Below are positions 15,573 to 25,176 of a stretch of DNA of 60,733 nucleotides, in pieces (the first letter of the stretch is position 1; every line of letters begins with the position of its first letter). The DNA is taken from positions 1-60,733 of the forward strand of contig MFTO01000005.1 of the NCBI GenBank assembly GCA_001786835.1. Direction: 5' to 3'. A model generated the notes under the pieces. It had not been told where the DNA came from. It ran no database searches and worked only from the letters and a program-made list of their open reading frames with translations. A program made the position numbers and the translations under genes. This DNA is from Candidatus Nomurabacteria bacterium RIFCSPHIGHO2_01_FULL_40_20. GTDB lineage: Bacteria > Patescibacteriota > Minisyncoccia > Phycocordibacterales > UBA9973.

Positions 15573-16283
15573 ATGGAAATCAAAATTCTATATGAAGATG
15601 AAAACATTTTGGGCATCGATAAACCCTCGGGTATTTTGGTGCACTCTGACGAGCGAAGCAAAGAAGAAACAATTCAAGATTTATTTTTGAAAAAATATCC
15701 AAAACTGGAATTGGTGCACCGGCTAGATAAAGAGACTTCCGGAGTTTTACTTTTGGCCAAAAATCAAAAGGCGCATGAAGCACTAAAAAATCAGTTTTCC
15801 GCCCCCGCTCTTGGATTAAAAACTAAAAGCGGGTTGGCGGACAGGCAAGACAGGGTTAGTAAGATATACATTGCGGTTGTAAATGGCTGGGTAAAAAAAG
15901 ACCACGATATTATAAATGAGCCTATAGGCAGAAGTCCAACGGATTTTCGTCGTAGACTCTCCGGTCGGGGAGCGCGCGGAGAGATGCGAGAAGCGATTAC
16001 AGAATACAATGTTCTAAAAAAATTCGAGGATGGAACAGGCAATAGGTTTTCTTGTCTAGAAATAAAACCAAAAACCGGACGGACGCACCAGATTCGCGTG
16101 CATATGAAGTACATAAATCATCCCATAGTTTGCGACAAGCTTTATGCGCCAAAAAATCCGTGCCCGGAATTTATAAATCGCCTAGCTCTGCACGCCAAGT
16201 CGATAGAATTCAAAAATTTAAACGGTGAGGTTGTAAAATTAGAATCGCCTTTGCCAAAAGAATTCTCAAAAATAACTTTTTAA
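15573..16283 (+). CDS. RluA-family pseudouridine synthase
   Basis: ILYEDENILGIDKPSGILVH, catalytic HRLDKETSGVLLLAKN, GRTHQIRVH. The ATG lies 2 nt after tRNA-Arg. Confidence 0.88.
   Translation: MEIKILYEDENILGIDKPSGILVHSDERSKEETIQDLFLKKYPKLELVHRLDKETSGVLLLAKNQKAHEALKNQFSAPALGLKTKSGLADRQDRVSKIYIAVVNGWVKKDHDIINEPIGRSPTDFRRRLSGRGARGEMREAITEYNVLKKFEDGTGNRFSCLEIKPKTGRTHQIRVHMKYINHPIVCDKLYAPKNPCPEFINRLALHAKSIEFKNLNGEVVKLESPLPKEFSKITF
15799..15840. repeat. GC-rich hairpin inside the pseudouridine synthase gene
   Basis: CCGCCCCCGCT-(18 nt)-AGCGGGttGGCGG; encodes an extra segment APALGLKTKSGLAD. Confidence 0.7.
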
Positions 16284-16335
16284 TTTTCAAATCTGATTAG
16301 CAAAGAGCCCAAAACTTTGCTATATTTTATAGATT

Positions 16336-18156
16336 ATGTGTGGCATTGTTGGATATATTGGTAAAAAAGAAGCCTTACCGATCCTCTTAGAAGGACTGCG
16401 GGATTTGGAGTATCGCGGGTATGATAGCGCAGGCATAGCGATTTTAAATCAGGGTAAAATAGAAAGAATTAGAGAAGTAGGCAAGGTGGATATGTTGGTA
16501 AAGAAAATTGCCGGTAAAAAATTTCCGGGCTCCATCGGAATTGCCCACACTCGCTGGGCGACCCATGGAGGAGTGACAGAGGAAAATGCGCATCCGCACC
16601 TTGCAGGCAATGGTAAATTGGTTTTAGCCCACAACGGTATAATAGAAAACTATCGGGAGTTAAAAAAAGAGATTAAAGATCAAAATTTTGAATCAGAAAC
16701 TGATTCGGAAATCTTAGCGAAACTAATTTTTCAAAATTACTCCGGCGACCTCCTGAAAGCGGTAAAAATGACATTGCCGAGAGTTCGAGGCACCTATGGA
16801 CTTGCGATAATGCATGCTGACCATCCGGATGAGATAGTTGTGGCGCGTTTGGGGAGCCCGCTGGTGGTGGGTGTGGGTGAAGACGAATATTATTTAGCCT
16901 CGGATGTTACGCCGATATTGCCTTTTACCAAGCAGGTGACATTTCTGGACGATGGTGAAGTGGCATTAATTAATCGGCAAGAATTTAAAATTTTTAATTT
17001 AAAGGATGAGCAAATCATAAAGGGTGTAACTCAAATTGACTGGGACATAGAAACAGCGCAGAAGGGTGGCTTTGAAAATTTTATGTTGAAAGAAATTTTT
17101 GACCAGCCCACTGTGTTTGAAGATGCAATTCGCGGACGTATCGATATGTCCGAAGGCACAGCCAAGCTGGGAGGGCTTAATATGAACCTAGAAGAAATGC
17201 GAGCAATCAAGCGAATTATTTTAATCGCTTGTGGTACCGCCTCTTATGCTTGTCTTGCCGCCAAGTATGCTTTTGAAAGACTCTCTGGTATCCCGACCGA
17301 GGTAGATGTGTCTAGTGAGTTTCGTTACCGAGACCCGATAGTTGACGAGCATACGTTAATTTTTGCCGTGTCACAGTCCGGCGAGACAGCCGATACCATC
17401 ATGGCCCTGCGAGAAGCAAAACGGAAAGGGGGGGTCGTGAGAGGGATTGTGAATGTTGTCGGTTCAACCATTGCCCGCGAGACCGGCGCCGGCACATATA
17501 TACACGCGGGGCCCGAACTCGCTGTCGCTTCAACCAAGGCCTATACAAATATGGTTGCGATTCTTTTACTATACGCGCTGGAGTTTGGTCGCTTGCATCA
17601 CACTACTCCCGCTACCGGGCAGAGGATTTTACAGAGCTTGCTCCAGATTCCAGAGAAGATGAATGAAATTTTAAAGCAGTCGGAGCAAATAAAAATTTTA
17701 GCGGACAAATACAAAGATTATAACGACTTCCTTTTTCTTGGTCGCGGGATAAATTATTCTGTCGCCTTGGAAGGTTCGCACAAGTTAAAAGAAATTAGCT
17801 ATATTCATAGCGAAGCTTATCCAGCGGGGGAGATGAAGCACGGCATGAACGCGCTTCTGACTCCTGACTTTCCGGTCTTGGCTATTCTGACCCAGAATCA
17901 ACTTTATGAAAAAATGAAAAGTAGCATAGAGGAAGTCCGAGCTAGGAAGAGTAAAACGATTATAATAGCGTCAGTCGGCGACGAAGAAGCGAAAGAGCTT
18001 GCCGACGATATAGTTTACGTTCCCAAGACCATGGAGCTACTTGAGCCACTTTTAAACACTATACCGCTACAATTATTTGCGTATCACACTGCGGTAGCGC
18101 TTGGGCGAGATGTGGATCGGCCGAGAAATTTAGCCAAGTCGGTGACTGTAGAGTAA
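16336..18156 (+). CDS. glmS: Glutamine--fructose-6-phosphate aminotransferase
   Basis: MCGIVGYIG N-terminal nucleophile, two SIS domains, C-terminal DRPRNLAKSVTVE. Confidence 0.97.
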   Translation: MCGIVGYIGKKEALPILLEGLRDLEYRGYDSAGIAILNQGKIERIREVGKVDMLVKKIAGKKFPGSIGIAHTRWATHGGVTEENAHPHLAGNGKLVLAHNGIIENYRELKKEIKDQNFESETDSEILAKLIFQNYSGDLLKAVKMTLPRVRGTYGLAIMHADHPDEIVVARLGSPLVVGVGEDEYYLASDVTPILPFTKQVTFLDDGEVALINRQEFKIFNLKDEQIIKGVTQIDWDIETAQKGGFENFMLKEIFDQPTVFEDAIRGRIDMSEGTAKLGGLNMNLEEMRAIKRIILIACGTASYACLAAKYAFERLSGIPTEVDVSSEFRYRDPIVDEHTLIFAVSQSGETADTIMALREAKRKGGVVRGIVNVVGSTIARETGAGTYIHAGPELAVASTKAYTNMVAILLLYALEFGRLHHTTPATGQRILQSLLQIPEKMNEILKQSEQIKILADKYKDYNDFLFLGRGINYSVALEGSHKLKEISYIHSEAYPAGEMKHGMNALLTPDFPVLAILTQNQLYEKMKSSIEEVRARKSKTIIIASVGDEEAKELADDIVYVPKTMELLEPLLNTIPLQLFAYHTAVALGRDVDRPRNLAKSVTVE

Positions 18157-18160
18157 AACC

Positions 18161-18958
18161 ATGAAAGAAGAAAAAAATTTTAAAAAAATTGTGAAAGAAA
18201 TAATTTCACTAAAGAAAAATCTAAAGACAAAGTTACCTCTTTTTACAAAAGGTAAAAAAGAAATACAAAAAGGTGTATATGTGGGTAAGGGTGTAAAAAT
18301 AGAACCAAATGTATTTTTTGATACCAGTGCTGGAGAAATAGTTGTGGGTGATGATACAAGAATAAAAGCAAATGCCGTGCTTCGCGGTCCACTTATTATC
18401 GGTCAAGATTGTGTGATAAATAGTTTTGCGGAGGTATCGCATTCACAAATTAGTGACGTCTGTAAAGTCGGTGGAGAGGTAGAGGAGTGCATAATACAGA
18501 GCTACACCAATAAACAGCATTATGGATTTTTAGGGCATAGCTATATAGGAAGCTGGGTAAATATTGGCGGAGGGACAAGTGTTTCAAATCTGAAAAATAC
18601 CTACAGTTCCATAAAAGTGAAAGGAGTAGACACGGGCAGTATTTTTTTTGGTTGCATTATGGGGGACTATTGTAAAACAGCTGTTAATACAACAATATTT
18701 TGTGGTAAAGTTATTGGAGAGTCTGCGCACTTATACGGTATGGTCACGAGGGATGTGCCAGCGTTCACGAGCCATGTCTCTTCATCCCAGATGTATGAAT
18801 TACCGCTTGCTCTCGCAGAGAGAATCCAGAAAACAATGATGCAAAGGAGAGGACTCAATTTTACTAAAAGAAATCACGAGAACTTTAAGAAATTATTTAA
18901 GGAAACAGCGGGCGATAGAAAAGGGGCAAAAGTTAAAAAAGGAAAGTTAAAATTCTGA
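18161..18958 (+). CDS. Left-handed beta-helix (hexapeptide repeat) transferase, similar to the GlmU C-terminal domain
   Basis: Hexapeptide periodicity (VGDDTRIKANAVLRGPLIIGQDCVINSFAEV...); adjacent to glmS; no nucleotidyltransferase domain. Confidence 0.6.
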   Translation: MKEEKNFKKIVKEIISLKKNLKTKLPLFTKGKKEIQKGVYVGKGVKIEPNVFFDTSAGEIVVGDDTRIKANAVLRGPLIIGQDCVINSFAEVSHSQISDVCKVGGEVEECIIQSYTNKQHYGFLGHSYIGSWVNIGGGTSVSNLKNTYSSIKVKGVDTGSIFFGCIMGDYCKTAVNTTIFCGKVIGESAHLYGMVTRDVPAFTSHVSSSQMYELPLALAERIQKTMMQRRGLNFTKRNHENFKKLFKETAGDRKGAKVKKGKLKF

Positions 18959-18975
18959 AAAAATTTTGTAAAAAT

Positions 18976-19920
18976 ATGGAGAAAATTTTAGTAATAGGAG
19001 CCTGCGGGCAAATAGGAGGAGAATTAACTCTGGCGTTGCGTCAAAAATATGGCGCGGGTAATGTCATAGCGAGCGACATAAAGGAAGAGGCTGAAATTCT
19101 CAAAGGCACAGGACCATTTTTAAAACTTGATATTATGAATGCGGAGGCGACTCGCGATTTGGTAAAAAAAGAAAATATTAAAGAGATATACCTCTTAGCA
19201 GCTCTACTTTCCGCAACCGGAGAAAAGAATCCGAAGCTCGCTTGGGAGCTTAATCTGGGAAGTCTAAGGCAGATTCTCCACCTTTGTGTGGACGAAAAGA
19301 TAAAACTATTTTGGCCGAGCTCTATTGCCGTTTTTGGTAAAACTACTCCCCGCGAGAATACTCCCCAAAAAACAATCATAGAACCAAGCACCATGTATGG
19401 AATCACAAAGTATACCGGAGAGCTTCTGTGTGATTATTACAATAAAAAGTTTGGTCTGGACGTGCGTTCTGTGCGCTATCCGGGGCTCATTAGTTGGAAG
19501 AGTGAACCGGGAGGAGGGACGACGGACTATGCGGTGGAAATATTTTATGAAGCTATCAAAAAAGGTGAGTACATTTGTTTTCTTTCAGAAAATACCTACC
19601 TTCCGATGATGTATATGGATGATGCTATCCGAGCGACGCTTGAAATAATGCAAGTGTCAAGAAAAAAAATAAAAACCAGCATGGGATACAATTTGTCTGC
19701 CATTAGTTTTTCTCCCAAAGAAATAGGAGATGAAATAAAAAAGTATATTCCCGATTTTAAAATCTCTTACGCGCCCGACCACCGCCAAGCCATTGCCGAC
19801 TCTTGGCCGGCTAGCATTGATGACAGCGTGGCGCGCGCCGACTGGGACTGGAAACCAGAATTTGATTTGCCAAAAATGACGCAAGTGATGTTAGAGAATT
19901 TAAAAGAGAAATTAAAGTAA
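18976..19920 (+). CDS. tdh: NAD-dependent epimerase/dehydratase-fold L-threonine 3-dehydrogenase
   Basis: Rossmann motif VIGACGQIGGEL, YGITK active-site motif; immediately upstream of kbl. Confidence 0.75.
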   Translation: MEKILVIGACGQIGGELTLALRQKYGAGNVIASDIKEEAEILKGTGPFLKLDIMNAEATRDLVKKENIKEIYLLAALLSATGEKNPKLAWELNLGSLRQILHLCVDEKIKLFWPSSIAVFGKTTPRENTPQKTIIEPSTMYGITKYTGELLCDYYNKKFGLDVRSVRYPGLISWKSEPGGGTTDYAVEIFYEAIKKGEYICFLSENTYLPMMYMDDAIRATLEIMQVSRKKIKTSMGYNLSAISFSPKEIGDEIKKYIPDFKISYAPDHRQAIADSWPASIDDSVARADWDWKPEFDLPKMTQVMLENLKEKLK

Positions 19921-19921
19921 T

Positions 19922-21163
19922 ATGTATTCCAAAAAATTAAAAGAAAATATCGAAAAAGAGCTAGAAAACCTTAAGCTACAAGGGAAGTTTAAGGTGGAAC
20001 GAGAACTTGAGGGAGCGCAGGGTCCGGAGGTGGAGATTGGAGGCAAGAGAGTTTTAATGTTTGCTTCCAATAATTACTTAGGACTAGCAAATCATCCGGA
20101 AATTGTTAAGAGCGCCAGAGAAGCGATAGATAAGTATGGCTTTGGGCTTTCATCTGTGCGCTTTATTTCCGGAACAGAGACTATTCACAAACAACTTGAA
20201 AAAAAGCTGGCAAAATTTCTAGGAGTGGAAGATGCGATTCTATATTCCACAAATTTTATGTCTAACCTAGGATTTTTTGCCAGCATCACCAATGAAGCTT
20301 TTGGAGGAGATGGAAGCCATATGGATGCTATTTATAGCGATGAACTCAATCACGCTAGTATTATTGACGCATTTAAACTTTGTAAAAAAGAAAACATACA
20401 AAAAAGAATTTATCCGCATGGAGATGTTTCGGCGCTTGAGAAAATGTTGGAAGAAGATAGGCTAAATCCGCCAGCTGGCGGATATCGCTTCAAAATAATC
20501 GTAACTGACGGAGTTTTTTCCATGGAAGGGTATTTGGCGGACTTGCCTAAGTTAAAAGAACTTTCGGAAAAATATGAAGCCCTGCTTTTTGTGGATGACG
20601 CGCATGCGGTTGGGGTTTTGGGTAAAACCGGAGCAGGCACACCGGAGCATTTTGGATTTCAAGGCAAGATTGATATTTTATCTGGCACTTTTGGCAAAGC
20701 GCTTGGTGGAGCAGTGGGCGGATATGTCGCGGGGCGCGCCGACATCATAGAGCTTCTTCGTCAAAAGTCTCGCACTTATCTTTTTTCAAATTCTGTGCCC
20801 CCCTCTGTGGTCATGGCCTCCATGAGAGCCCTTGAATTACTAGAAGAAAAACCGGAACTTCTTAAAAAAGTGCGCGAGAACAGCGATTACTTTAGGAAAG
20901 AAGTTAAAAAAATGGGATTTGATGTTTTAGAAGGGGAGCATCCGATAGTTCCAGTAATGCTCGGCGACGCGAGTCTTACTCAGGAATTTAGCAAGAAACT
21001 TTTAGAGCGGGGACTTTTTGTGGTGGGACTTTGGTTTCCCGTGGTGCCTGAAGGCACGGCTCGACTTCGTTTTCAAATATCTTCAGCTCACACCAAAGAC
21101 CAGATTGACCGCGCCCTCTCTATACTTTTGGAAGTAGGTAAAGAAATGGCTATTTTAAAGTAA
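19922..21163 (+). CDS. kbl: 2-amino-3-ketobutyrate CoA ligase (glycine C-acetyltransferase)
   Basis: PLP-dependent alpha-oxoamine synthase motifs (DGVFSMEG, DDAHAVG, SGTFGKALGG). Confidence 0.9.
   Translation: MYSKKLKENIEKELENLKLQGKFKVERELEGAQGPEVEIGGKRVLMFASNNYLGLANHPEIVKSAREAIDKYGFGLSSVRFISGTETIHKQLEKKLAKFLGVEDAILYSTNFMSNLGFFASITNEAFGGDGSHMDAIYSDELNHASIIDAFKLCKKENIQKRIYPHGDVSALEKMLEEDRLNPPAGGYRFKIIVTDGVFSMEGYLADLPKLKELSEKYEALLFVDDAHAVGVLGKTGAGTPEHFGFQGKIDILSGTFGKALGGAVGGYVAGRADIIELLRQKSRTYLFSNSVPPSVVMASMRALELLEEKPELLKKVRENSDYFRKEVKKMGFDVLEGEHPIVPVMLGDASLTQEFSKKLLERGLFVVGLWFPVVPEGTARLRFQISSAHTKDQIDRALSILLEVGKEMAILK
20467..20482. repeat. 16-nt perfect palindrome TCCGCCAGCTGGCGGA inside kbl, encoding (N)PPAGG
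   Basis: Read directly; identical 18-mer AATCCGCCAGCTGGCGGA at 43198-43215. Confidence 0.9.
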
Positions 21164-21239
21164 AGTGTTTGCCATAAAGAATTTTTTATGCTAAAGTAGC
21201 TTTCACTACTTGTCCCGTTAGAAAATCAGTATTATTCTT

Positions 21240-21728
21240 ATGGGCACTTTTAGTTTAATAGTTAAATTTTCTAATGGGATGGCAGGAAATATAGTAAGCA
21301 AAATAAAGTTTTCTCCAGTAGATATAGAAGAGCGCAAGGCACTTGTGTTTAATTCTGGGGATACAGTCAAAGTCTGGTCCAAAGTTTTAGATGAAAAAGG
21401 CAAGTCTCGTCTTCAGGCATTTGAAGGTATTGTGCTTGCACGCAAGCATGGGAGAGAGAATGGCGCGACTTTTACGGTGCGACGTGTGGCTTCTGGTGTA
21501 GGAGTAGAGAGAATTTTCCCGCTTTATTCTCCTATGATTGATAAAATTGAAATTACCAAGAAATCTCGCGCTCGCAGGAGCAAGCTTTATTATGTTCGTG
21601 AAAAAGCGGTCAAAGATGTGCGCCGAAAACTTCGCTCAAATGTTTCTATGGCGGACGCCGAGGATGCAGTTGAAGCCCCAACGCCCGAAGGGGCCGGGGT
21701 CCCGACTGAAAACGTCGGGAAAGAATAA
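21240..21728 (+). CDS. rplS: 50S ribosomal protein L19 (an alternative start at 21279 is possible), with an acidic C-terminal tail
   Basis: GDTVKVWSKV...RLQAFEGIVLARKHG...TFTVRRVASGVGVERIFPLYSP...SKLYYVR. Confidence 0.9.
   Translation: MGTFSLIVKFSNGMAGNIVSKIKFSPVDIEERKALVFNSGDTVKVWSKVLDEKGKSRLQAFEGIVLARKHGRENGATFTVRRVASGVGVERIFPLYSPMIDKIEITKKSRARRSKLYYVREKAVKDVRRKLRSNVSMADAEDAVEAPTPEGAGVPTENVGKE
21700..21720. repeat. CCGAC-family hairpin TCCCGAC-tgaaaac-GTCGGGA within the last codons of rplS
   Basis: Read directly; preceded by GCCCC-N10-GGGGC (21675-21694). Confidence 0.8.
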
Positions 21729-21731
21729 AAC

Positions 21732-21815
21732 GCGCGGGTGTCGTAACAGTAGCCGAGCAAGATTGAGGTTCTTGTGCCCGTTTAGGGCGTGGAGGTGCGA
21801 TTCCTCTCCCGCGCA
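21732..21815 (+). tRNA. tRNA-Leu (anticodon GAG), class II
   Basis: Acceptor GCGCGGG/CCCGCGC, anticodon arm CAAGA-TTGAGGT-TCTTG, long variable arm, T-arm GGAGG-TGCGATT-CCTCT (unusual T-loop). Confidence 0.8.
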
Positions 21816-21868
21816 CTTTTTGTCACTTTTATGTTTTAATTTTGTAAATTTTGTTTTTTATTTTTGTA

Positions 21869-21877
21869 TGCTAAAAT
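21869..21877 (+). promoter_or_regulatory. Extended -10 box TGCTAAAAT, 6 nt upstream of the GTG start of the VKOR-like gene
   Basis: TGCTAAAAT-GGTCTT-GTG read directly. Confidence 0.5.
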
Positions 21878-21883
21878 GGTCTT

Positions 21884-22363
21884 GTGGAATTACCAGAAGA
21901 TATTTTAGCGAGAGTTATATTGTTTGTCCTGGGAGCCTTTGGTTTTTGGGTGGCTAGGCATATTTATATTCATAAAAGGTCCGAAGAGAATCCGTTGGTT
22001 TGCATGATTGGTTTTGATTGTCATAATGTGGTGCATAGTGATTATGCAAAATTCTTTGGGATTCACGTGGAAGTTTTGGGAATGTTTTATTATGGAGCAA
22101 TTGCGCTTTTTTATTTTTTCTTGCTTTTCATTGCAAATATTCTGCCAGTGATACTGGTTGATTTTATGGTCCTACTTTCTTTTACCGCCTTTTTCTTTTC
22201 AGCCTATCTAATAGCCGTGCAATTGTTTATTTTAAAGAAGTTTTGTTCTTGGTGCATTGTTTCCGCTTTAGTTTCAACCGGAATATTTCTTGTTACCATA
22301 CATGTTTATAATTTAAGTGAAATTTTCAACCCAAGCCTGATTTTTCAGTCCTTCATTTTATAG
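21884..22363 (+). CDS. Vitamin K epoxide reductase (VKOR) family membrane protein
   Basis: Loop cysteines (VCMIGFDC), CSWC redox motif in a TM helix, 4-5 TM segments. Confidence 0.75.
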   Translation: MELPEDILARVILFVLGAFGFWVARHIYIHKRSEENPLVCMIGFDCHNVVHSDYAKFFGIHVEVLGMFYYGAIALFYFFLLFIANILPVILVDFMVLLSFTAFFFSAYLIAVQLFILKKFCSWCIVSALVSTGIFLVTIHVYNLSEIFNPSLIFQSFIL

Positions 22364-22376
22364 GTTTTAATAAATC

Positions 22377-25040
22377 ATGCAAATTCCCAAACAACCCTGG
22401 TCTCTGTCTGCCTCGGAAGCGGTTTCTCTCTTAGAGACATCCCTAAAAGGGCTCTCCTTTTCCGTGGCGCAAAAGCGCTTGGCAGAATTTGGGGACAATA
22501 CTTTTCACAATAAAGAAAAAAAAAGCGCAGTTTCTATTTTCCTAAAACAATTTAAAAGTCCGCTGATATTTCTGCTTGTTGGCGCCTCAATACTCACAAT
22601 TGTTTTACATGAATGGATAGATACGGCCGTCATTTTATTTGCGGTATTGCTCAATGTTATCTTGGGATTTTATCATGAGTATGGCGCGGAGAGCACTTTA
22701 GAGAAATTAAAAACTTTTATCAAAGACAGAGCAAAAGTAGTGCGTGACGGCAGGGAACAAGAAGTGGATTCGTCCACTATCGTGCCGGGCGACATCATCA
22801 AGCTCTCTTATGGTTCTCGGGTGCCGGCGGATGCGCGGATTATAAATGAGAACAATTTGCGTATTGACGAAGCGATTTTAACCGGAGAGTCAATGCCGAT
22901 AGAAAAAGGTGATGCGCCGGTGCCACTCACTGCTATAATTGCCGAACAGAAAAATATTACTCATGCAGGGACTTTGGTTGTGGAAGGATACGCGAGCGCG
23001 GTTGTTTTTGCCACCGGCAACAGTACGGAAATTGGTAAAATCGCAGGTATCGTATCTAAGATAGAAAGAGTAGAAACACCACTCCAAAGGGGAGTGGGTA
23101 AATTGGCCTGGCTTATATTTTTTGTGGTCTTGATAATAGTTCTCGGTATACTTATTTTAGGAATTTCCCGCGGGGGGGACTTGATACCGATGCTTCTTCT
23201 CTCGGGGGCGGTTGCGGTAGGCGCGGTACCGGAGGCGCTTCCCATAGCGCTTACTGTGATTTTAGCCATAGGAGCCAAAAAGATAGCGGACAAGAAGGGA
23301 ATTATTAGAAAATTAACTGCGGCTGAAACATTGGGCTCTGCCACTATCGTTTTGACCGACAAGACCGGGACACTGACTCTCGCCGATATGCAACTCGTGG
23401 GAATTCACGGAACTGGAGCTTTAGTATCCGAATCCAAAGAAAGCACCAAAAATCTCCCCCAAACTTTTTCTTCCGAACAAAAAAAGTTACTTGAGCTGGC
23501 GCTTCTCAATGTAGATATTTATATTGAAAATCAAAATGAAGAAATGAAAAATTGGACTTTCAAGGGGCGACCTTTTGAAGTCAATATTGCCAAATCAGGG
23601 CTTTTACATGGTGTTTCGCTTGACGGTATCTCCGGGGATACTTCGTCTTTGATTTTGCCTTTTAATTCAAGTAATAAATTTTCTATAGCCCAAGTTGGTA
23701 ATAAATATATAGCTATGGGCGCGCCAGAGATTTTACTGAAGAAATCAAAAATTGGGAAAGAAGATTATTTAAAAATAGAATCTTGGATTGAGAAAACAAG
23801 TCGCGAAGGGAAAAGACTGATTGGACTCGGGAGTTTCCCAAAAGAGACAAAGGGAGAAAATGGACATTTTGATTTAGGTCAAGTAGAAAATTTGGAATTT
23901 TTAGGAGTGCTTACGTTTTACGACCCTATCAGACCGGAAGTGCCGGAGGCAATAAAAAATATACAATCGCATGAGATGAAAGTGGTGCTAGTGACAGGGG
24001 ACCTGGCGGGGACTGCGGTATCTGTCGCGAGTGGGCTTGGCTGGGAGGTGACGGACGAAGAAGTGGTTACTGGTGGTGAATTGCGCGTGCTCACGGATGA
24101 TGAATTGACTGCGCTTGTGCCCAAGATAAAAATATTTGCGCGGGTGACCCCGGAAGACAAACTCCGTATCGGGCAAGCCTATCAGAGATTGGGTGAAGTA
24201 GTGGCAATGACAGGAGACGGGGTGAATGATGCGCCGGTCTTGAAAGCGATGGATATTGGCATCTCGCTCGGATCGGGGAGTGATGTGGCAAAGTCGGCGG
24301 CGGACTTGGTGCTACTTGACGATAATTTTCAAACGATCTCTCTTGCCATAGATGAGGGGCGAAAAATTTTATCTAATATTCGCAAAAGTTTTGTGTATCT
24401 GATGTCAAACTCGCTGGATGAGGTTTTTGTGATCGGGGGAAGTCTCTTGGTGGCCTTACCACTACCTATCACCGCGCTTCAGATAATCTGGGTGAACCTT
24501 TTTACCGGTTCTCTACCGGCGCTTGCTTTTGCCTTTGAGGAAAATATGGATAAAGAAAAATATAGGGGGAAAGACCTTCGACTTATTTTTACCAAAGAAG
24601 TTAAAGTGCTTACTTTTGGTATAGGTGTCTTGAGTTCATTTTTTCTTTTTCTATTATATTTTTTCTTACTGAAGACAGGTCTTGAAGTCCATATTGCGCG
24701 GTCAATATTCTTTGTGTGTTTCTCTTCTTATATTTTGGCGGTGACTTTTTCTTTCCGAAGTCTGCATCGCCCGCTTTTTTCTTATCCGATTTTTGGTAAC
24801 CGCAAGTTAAATTATAGCATCATCATTGCAACGGTTATTTTGATATTTACTATGACTGCGCCATTTATGAGGCAAATTTTTGATATCGCTCCGCTCCCCT
24901 ATGTGTGGCTTCCATTTATCGCCGTTTGGCTTGTGCTCAATGTTCTTCTGGTAGAGGGGGCGAAATATTTGATGCGTACACATGGACATCTCTTGCATAA
25001 ATTACCGCATTTTAAATTTTTCCGTGAAAGAGGCAAATAA
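22377..25040 (+). CDS. P-type cation-transporting ATPase (type II, Ca2+/Mg2+-like)
   Basis: TGES, phosphorylation site DKTGTLT, TGDGVNDAP, about 10 TM helices. Confidence 0.92.
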   Translation: MQIPKQPWSLSASEAVSLLETSLKGLSFSVAQKRLAEFGDNTFHNKEKKSAVSIFLKQFKSPLIFLLVGASILTIVLHEWIDTAVILFAVLLNVILGFYHEYGAESTLEKLKTFIKDRAKVVRDGREQEVDSSTIVPGDIIKLSYGSRVPADARIINENNLRIDEAILTGESMPIEKGDAPVPLTAIIAEQKNITHAGTLVVEGYASAVVFATGNSTEIGKIAGIVSKIERVETPLQRGVGKLAWLIFFVVLIIVLGILILGISRGGDLIPMLLLSGAVAVGAVPEALPIALTVILAIGAKKIADKKGIIRKLTAAETLGSATIVLTDKTGTLTLADMQLVGIHGTGALVSESKESTKNLPQTFSSEQKKLLELALLNVDIYIENQNEEMKNWTFKGRPFEVNIAKSGLLHGVSLDGISGDTSSLILPFNSSNKFSIAQVGNKYIAMGAPEILLKKSKIGKEDYLKIESWIEKTSREGKRLIGLGSFPKETKGENGHFDLGQVENLEFLGVLTFYDPIRPEVPEAIKNIQSHEMKVVLVTGDLAGTAVSVASGLGWEVTDEEVVTGGELRVLTDDELTALVPKIKIFARVTPEDKLRIGQAYQRLGEVVAMTGDGVNDAPVLKAMDIGISLGSGSDVAKSAADLVLLDDNFQTISLAIDEGRKILSNIRKSFVYLMSNSLDEVFVIGGSLLVALPLPITALQIIWVNLFTGSLPALAFAFEENMDKEKYRGKDLRLIFTKEVKVLTFGIGVLSSFFLFLLYFFLLKTGLEVHIARSIFFVCFSSYILAVTFSFRSLHRPLFSYPIFGNRKLNYSIIIATVILIFTMTAPFMRQIFDIAPLPYVWLPFIAVWLVLNVLLVEGAKYLMRTHGHLLHKLPHFKFFRERGK

Positions 25041-25083
25041 ACTTGCTTATACTCCTCATTTATTGGTATAACTAGCAATACAT

Positions 25084-25121
25084 GGAGGCTATGGTGTAAT
25101 GGTAGCACACGAGCTTGTGGT
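25084..25121 (+). pseudogene. Orphan or decayed tRNA-His-like gene: an intact 5' half up to the anticodon loop; the downstream sequence to about 25155 is degenerate
   Basis: G(-1)-GAGGCTA-TG-GTGT-AATGGTA-GCAC-A-CGAGC-TTGTGGT matches tRNA-His arm for arm. No GCTCG or TAGCCTC partner strand was seen in 25100-25800. Confidence 0.6.
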
Positions 25122-25161
25122 TATATTCAGAGTTGTTTTTGTTTACGGATGTCTCTTTTTT

Positions 25162-25170
25162 TGGTATAAT
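25162..25170 (+). promoter_or_regulatory. Extended -10 box TGGTATAAT, 6 nt upstream of the HNH gene ATG
   Basis: TGGTATAAT-GCAACT-ATG read directly. Confidence 0.55.
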
Positions 25171-25176
25171 GCAACT

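Noticed and set aside
21538-21957. 139-aa ORF spanning the rplS 3' end, tRNA-Leu and the VKOR start.
   Set aside because: It overlaps a well-folded tRNA-Leu and two motif-supported genes, so it is a frame artefact.
25099-25176. N-terminal extensions proposed by the ORF track: 25099 for HNH, 25733 for tsaC, 30526 for secE and 38411 for the M50 protease. Also 44531 for pyrE, 37677 for brnT, 33816 for dCMP deaminase and 55894 for island gene D.
   Set aside because: The extensions overlap tRNAs, terminators or the preceding gene, and they precede -10 boxes or conserved protein N-termini. Internal ATGs fit better.
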